Positions 1 through 7,108 of a DNA stretch of 32,000 bases are shown here, piece by piece. Each line of letters opens with the position of its first letter. The first letter of the stretch is position 1. This DNA comes from Candidatus Syntropharchaeum caldarium (GTDB lineage: Archaea > Halobacteriota > Syntropharchaeia > Syntropharchaeales > Syntropharchaeaceae). Location of the stretch: positions 12,988 to 44,987 of the forward strand of contig LYOS01000003.1 of assembly GCA_001766815.1 (NCBI GenBank), in the 5' to 3' direction. Made by a program: the position numbers and the translations under genes. The notes beneath the pieces were generated by a model. The model was not told where the DNA came from. It did no database searches and saw only the letters and a program-made list of their open reading frames with translations.

Positions 1-104
1 AGAAAGGAGATATCTTAAATATTAAAAATGGACTGGCAAAAAATTATTCTTACAATGATAAAACATACCCCCAGATAAATTGTGACGAAAGATACGGTTC
101 TCAG

Positions 105-515
105 GTGGAGATCAAATATAAAAAAGAAAGAATCCTCGTTGACGGAGCAAATGTTGCATGGGAAGCAAAAAAAGAGGGAGGGCCAAATATAGATAATATC
201 GAAATAATCCGGTTAAAATTGGAGAAGCAAGGATATACCCCAATAATTATTGTTGATGCCAGTCTGAGGCATATAATACCCGAAGCAGATAAAGAACGGT
301 TTGGAAAGTGGATCGATGAAGGAAAAGTGATCCAGGCCCCTGCACAAGTAAGAGCGGATGATGCGTTATTGAAATTTGCAGATGGAAGAGGACTGAAAAT
401 AGTTAGTAATGATACATTTAAAGATTACAGGAATATTTACCCTTGGATTAAGGATAGGAGTAAAAGGGTACCGTTTAACATAATAGGTACTCAGGCTATC
501 TTGCATTTCCATTGA
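105..515 (+). CDS. NYN / Zc3h12a-like (PIN-fold) ribonuclease domain protein
   Basis: ILVDGANVAW ... IIIVDASLRH ... RADDALLKFA ... KIVSNDTFKDY matches the acidic-residue pattern of NYN/Zc3h12a-type RNases. The track start is GTG at 105, but I translated the same frame back to base 3 and found no stop, so the true start may lie upstream of the window. Confidence 0.6.
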   Translation: MEIKYKKERILVDGANVAWEAKKEGGPNIDNIEIIRLKLEKQGYTPIIIVDASLRHIIPEADKERFGKWIDEGKVIQAPAQVRADDALLKFADGRGLKIVSNDTFKDYRNIYPWIKDRSKRVPFNIIGTQAILHFH

Positions 516-534
516 AAAAGCTGGAGTGAAGTGT

Positions 535-660
535 ATGCGGAAGAAGCAAATGTATAGAAATGTAGTTTTCCTCAGTATACCAGCAATTGTATTTGGTATA
601 ATTTCCCTGAGGTATAGGCTACTTCTAGATATGGTTTTGGTAGAAACCCAGGCGTTGTAA
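535..660 (+). CDS. possible 41-aa small membrane protein (below the ORF-track length cutoff)
   Basis: Hand translation gives MRKKQMYRNVVFLSIPAIVFGIISLRYRLLLDMVLVETQAL. It has a basic N-terminus plus one hydrophobic helix. GGAGTGA (523-529) lies 5 nt before the ATG. Length and composition make this speculative. Confidence 0.25.
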   Translation: MRKKQMYRNVVFLSIPAIVFGIISLRYRLLLDMVLVETQAL

Positions 661-886
661 TGGTAATAAAAGGCATAGAGTGTTCTTTGCTGATATGGAT
701 ATGCTTGATAATTATAGGCATTTCCTAGATTTGCGGTTGGTTAGAAAAATAATGACTGAAGAAAAGATGATAAGCAAGACAAACTCTCTAAATGTCACGG
801 AATCCATTGCGTGGAGGAGAGAGGGTAAGTGGTCGAACCCCTACTTGCTGAATTGGTGATACAGATGAAGCATTGGAGGAAAAGGC

Positions 887-1531
887 ATGAAATTTTGTAC
901 TTCGTGTGGAAAGATGCTTAAGTTTGACGGAGAAAATTGGTATTGCCCCACATGCGAACCCGCACGACACAAAAAGGTCCTGGATCGAGAAAGGAGAAGA
1001 AAAAGAATGCATGAAAAGCGTACTTACGCAGAGGCAAGACCACGAATTTTCGTTCGCAGGGATGAAAACAAAAGAGTGGATATCTTTCTCTATTGTGAAC
1101 CAAAAATATCAGGGAGTGAATACAGGAAATGTTGTGAAATTCTTGAAGAATGTGGCTTTAAACACGAAAAGAATCAAAAAGAGAAATGGCATAAAGATGG
1201 CGTCCCCCCATTTAAGTTACTTGAAAAATTAAAAGAATGTAACATGAAAATATATGATGATGATGCAAAGATCAACATTGCCTATGCAGACAATAAAGAA
1301 GGAGTGAAAGTCTATCTCTTTGATCCCAGAATATGGCTACCTCCAGATAAATATAAAAAATACTGCGAGATATTAAGAAAACAAGGTTTTGAACAACGTA
1401 CTGTCAGTACAGATACTTCCTACGGCAGGAAAGAAATATGGTACAGAAGTGATAGATCGGTCCTATACGATTTAATAGATGATCTAAAAAGACGTGGTAT
1501 TAACGTATTATTGCGAGGTGAAGAGGTATGA
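887..1531 (+). CDS. Zn-ribbon protein with basic linker and two tandem copies of an uncharacterised ~75-aa domain
   Basis: The N-terminus CTSCGKMLKFDGENWYCPTC is a CxxC...CxxC ribbon. It is followed by RHKKVLDRERRRKRMHEKR. Two repeats align by eye: (VDIFLY..SEYRKCCEILEECGFKHEK..KWHKDG..LLEKLKECNMKIY) versus (VKVYLF..DKYKKYCEILRKQGFEQRT..IWYRSD..LIDDLKRRGINVL). Confidence 0.6.
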   Translation: MKFCTSCGKMLKFDGENWYCPTCEPARHKKVLDRERRRKRMHEKRTYAEARPRIFVRRDENKRVDIFLYCEPKISGSEYRKCCEILEECGFKHEKNQKEKWHKDGVPPFKLLEKLKECNMKIYDDDAKINIAYADNKEGVKVYLFDPRIWLPPDKYKKYCEILRKQGFEQRTVSTDTSYGRKEIWYRSDRSVLYDLIDDLKRRGINVLLRGEEV

Positions 1532-1606
1532 TTCATAGCTTATTTTGAACTTTATTTGATTTAATGAGGAATAAAGAGTGAAAATATCAAATATTCTCCC
1601 CCCCCC

Positions 1607-2659
1607 TCAATACCTCAACACCGCCCCAACCCCACCAAGTCCCTTCAACTGCTTGCCAGGCTCAAACTCGCTGCTGAATATGACAACTCTCCCCCCTGCA
1701 TCCTCCACCAGCTTGATCAACTCCTCAAGCTTCCTCTCTCCTTCCATCCTGCTCTCTCTCAGAACCTCATCGAGTAGCAGCAGTATCTTAACAGCCCCAA
1801 TCTCAGCCTTGCTCCGCACCTCATCAAAGCCATAAGCTGCCTTGCCCTCAAGTGCAACCTCTCTCAAGAACTCCTCGATGAGTTCAGCCTCCTCTGCTAT
1901 CCTGAAAGAAGACGCAATCTCAAGAACCCCGCTTTTTCCTTTTCTCAGGACTTCCTGATACCCTGAGGGTCCTGTGGACTGTGTATCGACGACGATGAGT
2001 TTGGATGAGATCTCCTGGCTCTGCTCCCTGAGGCGTGATACAAACTCATTCTTCACAAAACCAGGACCTGCAACAACGAAAAGATCCGCTTCAATGGGTA
2101 CCCGTTTAAGGTGATCTATAACGATGGAAAAGAAATCCTTATCTGTGCCACCTCTTTTCCCCCTCGATCCACTGCACGTGAAGAGTTCTTCGACCCCAAA
2201 CTCCCGCAGCCTCCCACACGCAGCATATCCCTCTTCAATTGTTAGAACCAGCACACTCGTTCCTGAACCCCGCTCAACCGCGCTCTCCAACCGCTCGAGC
2301 TGATCCCCGTGCCATGATTTGGATACTTTAAGCTCACTTCCAGGCTCGATGTTGAGTGTGTGATATGAGCCGGTATCCATTCCTTCCTCAATTATACCAT
2401 GGATCCTCAATCGATTGGAAAACCTGTGAAATTCAACCTCCTCGACCCTGATCGCGAGATAGACCGGTTTTTTCTCCCGCTTCTCGGATCGTATCTTATC
2501 ACTTGCTTCTTCCACCCGCCTGTATGTCAGAGCATGAATGATATCCCCAGGTTCAACGATGTACTTCAGATGCCATAGATCATCGAGTGATTCCACCAGG
2601 AGTTTTACACTCCCTTCCCGACGTTTCAGCTTCTTTGCGAGTATCTGCACACAGTCCAC
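1607..2659 (-). CDS. pelA: Pelota (aPelota, no-go/non-stop mRNA surveillance factor)
   Basis: LVESLDDLWHLKYIVEPGDII at the N-terminus, a central eRF1-like region, and the C-terminal GKQLKGLGGVGAVLRY ending typical of archaeal Pelota. Length is 350 aa. The start is GTG at 2659; an in-frame GTG at 2650 is also possible. Confidence 0.9.
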   Translation of the reverse strand: MDCVQILAKKLKRREGSVKLLVESLDDLWHLKYIVEPGDIIHALTYRRVEEASDKIRSEKREKKPVYLAIRVEEVEFHRFSNRLRIHGIIEEGMDTGSYHTLNIEPGSELKVSKSWHGDQLERLESAVERGSGTSVLVLTIEEGYAACGRLREFGVEELFTCSGSRGKRGGTDKDFFSIVIDHLKRVPIEADLFVVAGPGFVKNEFVSRLREQSQEISSKLIVVDTQSTGPSGYQEVLRKGKSGVLEIASSFRIAEEAELIEEFLREVALEGKAAYGFDEVRSKAEIGAVKILLLLDEVLRESRMEGERKLEELIKLVEDAGGRVVIFSSEFEPGKQLKGLGGVGAVLRY

Positions 2660-2697
2660 CGCTTAAAACTTAAAGGATGAAGCCTAAAAGGTTTATC

Positions 2698-3726
2698 ATG
2701 CGAATTCTTGCAGTTGACATCGGTATGGGAACACAGGACATCATGATTGTGGATGAGGCTAAATCACCGCTTGAAGGTTCGTACAAGCTCGTTCTCCCCT
2801 CACCAACCCGTTATTTTGCACAAAAGATCCGATCCACAACGGGAGATCTTCTGATATACGGTGATACGATGGGTGGAGGACCGATAAATCGCGCAATCCT
2901 TGATCACCTCAAAGAACACAGGGTTTACATGACACCATCTGCTGCAAGAACGATAAGGGACGATCTTGAGCAGGTCAGGGAGCTCGGGATCACACTGATA
3001 TCAGACGATGAGCTTGAGAAAGTAGATTGTGAAAAGCTCAGGATAACAGATCTTGACCTTGAACTGCTCAGATCACGGCTTGAGGCATTTGGGATCGATA
3101 CGTCCTTTGATGTAATCGCTGTCGCAGTTCAGGATCATGGAGTTGCACCCCGGGGCGTGAGTGATCGTGAAAATCGATTTATCATCTTCAAGAAGCTTCT
3201 TTTATCGTCAAGACGGATCGAGGAATTTTCCCATTTAAATAAAATAAGGGGAGAATTCAGCAGGATGAAATCGATCTTGAAGCGACTCAGATCAAGCTTC
3301 ACAGGGGATATTCTCATTATGGATACAGGTGTCGCAGCAGCTCTCGGAAGCCTAATGGATGAGAGGATGAGTGGGATTCAGCGATCTGTTGCTGTTAATA
3401 TCGGAAACGGACATACACTTGCTGTATCGATCGAGGATCGAGAGATATGCGGCTTTTTCGAGCATCATACACGGATGATAGATCGAGATAAATTACTGCA
3501 TTTCCTTGATCGACTCAAAAAGGGCGTTATAACCTTTGATGAGGTATTTGATGATGGGGGGCACGGTGCCCTTATATTTGAGCCGATCGAACCTGATGTT
3601 ATTACAATCACAGGGCCAAAGAAGTCGTTTATGAAGGGGGCAGAGGTTCATGTTGCACCTGCGGGAGATATGATGATGGCAGGTCCTGTGGGGCTTGTAG
3701 AGGCTGTAAAGTACAGGCTGGGATGA
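2698..3726 (+). CDS. ASKHA-fold (actin/Hsp70/sugar-kinase-like) protein, DUF1786-like
   Basis: MRILAVDIGMGTQDI is a phosphate-1-like motif and AVNIGNGHTLAV is a second glycine-rich motif. The track start is 2677. I prefer ATG 2698 because 2677 is only 17 nt from the divergent pelota start, and ASKHA proteins usually begin directly at the first beta-strand. The stop overlaps the tldD start (ATGA). Confidence 0.55.
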   Translation: MRILAVDIGMGTQDIMIVDEAKSPLEGSYKLVLPSPTRYFAQKIRSTTGDLLIYGDTMGGGPINRAILDHLKEHRVYMTPSAARTIRDDLEQVRELGITLISDDELEKVDCEKLRITDLDLELLRSRLEAFGIDTSFDVIAVAVQDHGVAPRGVSDRENRFIIFKKLLLSSRRIEEFSHLNKIRGEFSRMKSILKRLRSSFTGDILIMDTGVAAALGSLMDERMSGIQRSVAVNIGNGHTLAVSIEDREICGFFEHHTRMIDRDKLLHFLDRLKKGVITFDEVFDDGGHGALIFEPIEPDVITITGPKKSFMKGAEVHVAPAGDMMMAGPVGLVEAVKYRLG

Positions 3727-5105
3727 AAATGGAGCTTGAGCGTCAGATGATGAGGGCAATCGATGATGGTGCTGACTACCTGGATATAAGGTACGAGAAG
3801 GAACAGAGTACAGTTATTGAGATCAGAGATGATGTATTACGGGAAGCAAAGGTCGGATTCGAGCTTGGTGCTGGCATCAGGGTACTCCTCGATGGGTCGT
3901 GGGGGTTTTATGCAACAAGCGATCCTTCAAGACTTGAAGATGGGATTACAAAAGCTTTAAAGCTTGCAAAGGCACATAAAGCGGATAAAAATATCAAACT
4001 CGCACCCTCTGACTCAACGAACGAGGAATTTAAGCTCAAGGTGAGAGAACCTCCTGAGGATGTGGGAATTGATCGGAAGATCTCGCTCGTCAGAGAAGCC
4101 TATAAGAAGCTTGTGGATGTGGATGAGCGGATCAAGAGCGCTTCTGTCTATTACACCGATAGTATAATCGAGAAGTTGTTTCTAAACTCAGAAGGATCTG
4201 AGATCAGGTTGCATCTCCCTTACATCTCGATCGGGTTCAGGGCGGTTGCATCAGAGGGGGGCGAACTTCAGGAAGCCCATGATCGAGTCGGCGCATTCAC
4301 GGGTTTTGAACTGATAAAAGAGAATGATCCTGGAGAGATCGCGGCGAGTGTATCAAGGCGTGCACTGAGGCTGCTTGATGCGAAAAATCCACCCTCAGGA
4401 AAATTTCCGGTGGTGATGAATGGTAAGCTTCTCGGCGTTTTTGCTCACGAGGCGCTCGGACATGCAGCAGAGGCGGATCTTGTTGTATCGGGTGAGTCGA
4501 TTCTTGCAGATAAGATCGGAAGCAGGATTGCATCCGAGATCATAACGATCGCCGATGATCCCTCAATCCCACAGACACATGGCTACTATCCCTTCGATGA
4601 TGAGGGAGTGAGATCCAGACGGACGCTGATCATAGAGAACGGGACCCTCAGGTCGTACCTCCATACAAGATCAAGTGCAGGAGAACTCGGAATGGAGGTT
4701 ACCGCAAATGCGCGGGCAGAGGATAACTCACACATACCGATTGCAAGGATGAGCAATATTATAATCGAAAGAGGAGACCAGAGCTTTGATGAGATTATTG
4801 AGGATATAAAGATGGGGATATATGCAAAGGGTATGCGCGGTGGTCAGGTTGATACGGTCGGTGGTAACTTCCAGTTCACAGCAGAAGAAGCTTTCATGAT
4901 CGAGAATGGTGAGGTTAAAGGCTCGATAAGAAACCTCTCTCTTGCAGGGAGGACGTTGGAGGTGCTTGAAAAGATCGATGCACTCGGCAAAGATGTAACT
5001 GGATCGATCGGATTCTGTGGAAAAAACGGTCAGACAGTCCCTGTATCAGAATCAGGACCTGATGCGAGGATTTCTGAGATTCTGGTGGGTGGTAACGATG
5101 CTTGA
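3723..5105 (+). CDS. tldD: TldD-family metalloprotease (catalytic subunit)
   Basis: HEALGHAAEAD carries the HExxxH zinc motif. The 460-aa length and C-terminal glycine-rich region (GGQVDTVGGNFQF) are typical of TldD. Confidence 0.85.
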   Translation: MKMELERQMMRAIDDGADYLDIRYEKEQSTVIEIRDDVLREAKVGFELGAGIRVLLDGSWGFYATSDPSRLEDGITKALKLAKAHKADKNIKLAPSDSTNEEFKLKVREPPEDVGIDRKISLVREAYKKLVDVDERIKSASVYYTDSIIEKLFLNSEGSEIRLHLPYISIGFRAVASEGGELQEAHDRVGAFTGFELIKENDPGEIAASVSRRALRLLDAKNPPSGKFPVVMNGKLLGVFAHEALGHAAEADLVVSGESILADKIGSRIASEIITIADDPSIPQTHGYYPFDDEGVRSRRTLIIENGTLRSYLHTRSSAGELGMEVTANARAEDNSHIPIARMSNIIIERGDQSFDEIIEDIKMGIYAKGMRGGQVDTVGGNFQFTAEEAFMIENGEVKGSIRNLSLAGRTLEVLEKIDALGKDVTGSIGFCGKNGQTVPVSESGPDARISEILVGGNDA

Positions 5106-6405
5106 TACCATGAAAAAAGGGCTTGAAACTGCGCTCAGGATTGCTTCAGAAGCCGAAGTTTACGCTTCTTTCTCGAATTTCGCTTCTGTTGAGATCGAAA
5201 AAGATAAGATACACAGGCTTGAGGCTGGAAGTGGTGGTGGAATCGGCATAAGGGCGGTAGTCGAGGGGAAGGTTGGGTTCGCTTACACGAGCGATCCTGC
5301 AAAGGTTGAGGACTGTGCCAGAGAAGCTGTTAAGCTTGCAAGGGTTGCTGGGTCTGATTTTCGGGGGTTTTCAGAGAAACAGGGAGCTTACCAATCGGTT
5401 AAAGGCATATTTGATCCGCTTATCGCTGATCTTGAAGTCAATGAGAGAATAGCGTATGCCGAGATGATGATAGATGCTGCAAAGGAAGTGGATGGTGCGA
5501 TCAAGGTTACAGGCGGGGAGATTGGCACATCTTCAGGCTCAAGATGGATCATGAACTCAAACGGGGTTGAGATAAGTGAAGATTCAACATCAATCGGGGC
5601 ATCAGTTAGCGTTGCACTGGGCGAGATTTCTGCATGGGACTGGCAGGAGTCGAAACTTCTCTCCAATATCGATCTTGAATCGCTCGCAAAAGAGACGGCA
5701 ACGCTTGCTGTAAACTCGCAGAAACCTGTAAAGACTGAGGGTGGGATAAAATCTGTGATCCTTTCCCCCCGTGCAGTCTCAAGCCTCTTCTCTGCTACAG
5801 CGATAAATCACCTTCTTGGAGATAGTATTCAGGAGAAGCGATCTCCCTATATGGAACGAGTCGATGAGGCTGTAGCATCCGATTCAGTTACAATAATAGA
5901 TGATGGAAGGTACTATAACGGAACAGGGAGCCGTATCTTTGATGGAGAGGGCACTCCTTCATGCAGAACAGTGGTCATCGAAGATGGTATCCTCAGAGGA
6001 TTTCTCTATGATATTTACACCGCAAGAAAGGAAGGGGTTGATAGTACCGGTAACGCATCGCGTTCATTTGATTCAACCCCAAAGACCGCCCCCTCAAACT
6101 TTGTTATAAAACCTGGAAATAGAGAGGAAGATGAGCTTATCGCCGAAGTTAGGGATGGAATCTTTGTAACAGACCTGATCGGGGCACATACTGCATCCAG
6201 GACATCTGGTGAGTTCTCGCTGCTCGTTCACAATGGTTTCAGGATCGAGAAGGGGGAACTTGGTGATCCGCTGGGGCAGGTGATGATTTCGGGATCGAGT
6301 CCTGAGGTGCTTGAAAATATCACGCTTCCTGGATCCAGTCTCAGACAGTATGGGGCAGTTATATCGCCATCTCTGCTCGTTGAAGGGATGAGGATAAGCG
6401 GGTGA
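5098..6405 (+). CDS. pmbA: PmbA/TldE-family protein (non-catalytic partner of TldD)
   Basis: Same fold family as TldD (GIGIRAVVEGKVGFAYTSD, GEFSLLVHNGFRIEKGE) but no HExxxH motif. ATG 5098 overlaps the tldD stop by 8 nt. The track extension back to 5017 lies inside tldD. Confidence 0.8.
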   Translation: MLDTMKKGLETALRIASEAEVYASFSNFASVEIEKDKIHRLEAGSGGGIGIRAVVEGKVGFAYTSDPAKVEDCAREAVKLARVAGSDFRGFSEKQGAYQSVKGIFDPLIADLEVNERIAYAEMMIDAAKEVDGAIKVTGGEIGTSSGSRWIMNSNGVEISEDSTSIGASVSVALGEISAWDWQESKLLSNIDLESLAKETATLAVNSQKPVKTEGGIKSVILSPRAVSSLFSATAINHLLGDSIQEKRSPYMERVDEAVASDSVTIIDDGRYYNGTGSRIFDGEGTPSCRTVVIEDGILRGFLYDIYTARKEGVDSTGNASRSFDSTPKTAPSNFVIKPGNREEDELIAEVRDGIFVTDLIGAHTASRTSGEFSLLVHNGFRIEKGELGDPLGQVMISGSSPEVLENITLPGSSLRQYGAVISPSLLVEGMRISG

Positions 6406-6410
6406 ATGGT

Positions 6411-6680
6411 CTACTTACTCCTTCTCGATCTTCCAAGTATGATGTGTGCGAGCGTTCCAAAATCCCCACCAAGATTATCGGTCATACCAATCTCAGGTAG
6501 AGGATCAATCTGATTTCCTTTTGGTGCCTTACCCTTCATCTGTTCAACAACACCATAGATCTGGGAGATACCTGTTGCTCCAAGCGGATGTCCTTTTCCA
6601 AGCAGACCACCTGACATGTTGGTTGGGATCTTTCCACCGATCTCGAAATCACCCTCCTTACATGCTTTGTATCCCTCAAA
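6411..6680 (-). pseudogene. 5'-truncated C-terminal remnant of a thiolase (acetyl-CoA C-acyltransferase family)
   Basis: Hand translation upstream of the track ORF gives FEGYKACKEGDFEIGGKIPTNMSGGLLGKGHPLGATGISQIYGVVEQMKGKA...NLGGDFGTLAHIILGR. This is the last ~89 residues of a ~390-aa thiolase (GHPxGATG block). An in-frame TGA at 6681-6683 ends the frame upstream, and ccmE starts at 6716, so there is no room for the N-terminal ~300 aa. Confidence 0.75.
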
Positions 6681-6715
6681 TCATTCAAAATCTATTTAAA
6701 CACGCTCACCTTAAT

Positions 6716-7108
6716 ATGGATTCAATGAATAAACAAACCCGCCTGGCGATTGGAGCGATTATAATTGTTCTCTGCCTTATTGGACTTGGACTCACCCTCA
6801 AAGGTTCTGTTGTACCATATATCACTGTCAGTGAGCTTAAATCAGGCGACTACGTGGGAGAACACATCCAGATCAACGGAACTGTGGTCACGGGATCGGT
6901 TGAGTGGCACCCAAAAGATGTTCTGCTGACATTCCAGCTAACAGATGGCCATGAGGTGGTGAATGTCGAGTACAGGGGCAGTATCCCGAACAACTTTGAG
7001 GAAGGCAAGATGGTTGTTGTTGGTGGAGTTTATGAGAGGGATCTCTTCGAGGCAGACGAGATACTTGTAAAATGCCCATCAAAGTACACCGAGGAGATCG
7101 AAGAATGA
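6716..7108 (+). CDS. ccmE: Cytochrome c maturation heme chaperone CcmE, archaeal CxxxY variant
   Basis: N-terminal membrane anchor (LAIGAIIIVLCLIGLGL), an OB-fold-like body, and a C-terminal VKCPSKY motif (Cys at 7073-7075, Tyr at 7085-7087) in place of the bacterial HxxxY. An alternative start is ATG 6725. The track ORF upstream part (6446-6715) is antisense to the thiolase remnant. Confidence 0.85.
   Translation: MDSMNKQTRLAIGAIIIVLCLIGLGLTLKGSVVPYITVSELKSGDYVGEHIQINGTVVTGSVEWHPKDVLLTFQLTDGHEVVNVEYRGSIPNNFEEGKMVVVGGVYERDLFEADEILVKCPSKYTEEIEE

Noticed and set aside
1578-1835. 85-aa Ser/Pro/Leu-rich plus-strand ORF.
   Set aside because: It is antisense to the well-conserved C-terminal end of pelota, and its low-complexity composition suggests it is not a real gene.
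5017-5097. Upstream extension of the pmbA/tldE ORF.
   Set aside because: It lies inside the tldD coding sequence in another frame. The conserved PmbA N-terminus starts at ATG 5098, which overlaps the tldD stop.
6446-6715. N-terminal 90 codons of the track ORF that ends as ccmE.
   Set aside because: This part is the antisense of the thiolase remnant and is rich in His/Gln/Ser. CcmE homology and its membrane anchor begin only at the Met at 6716/6725.
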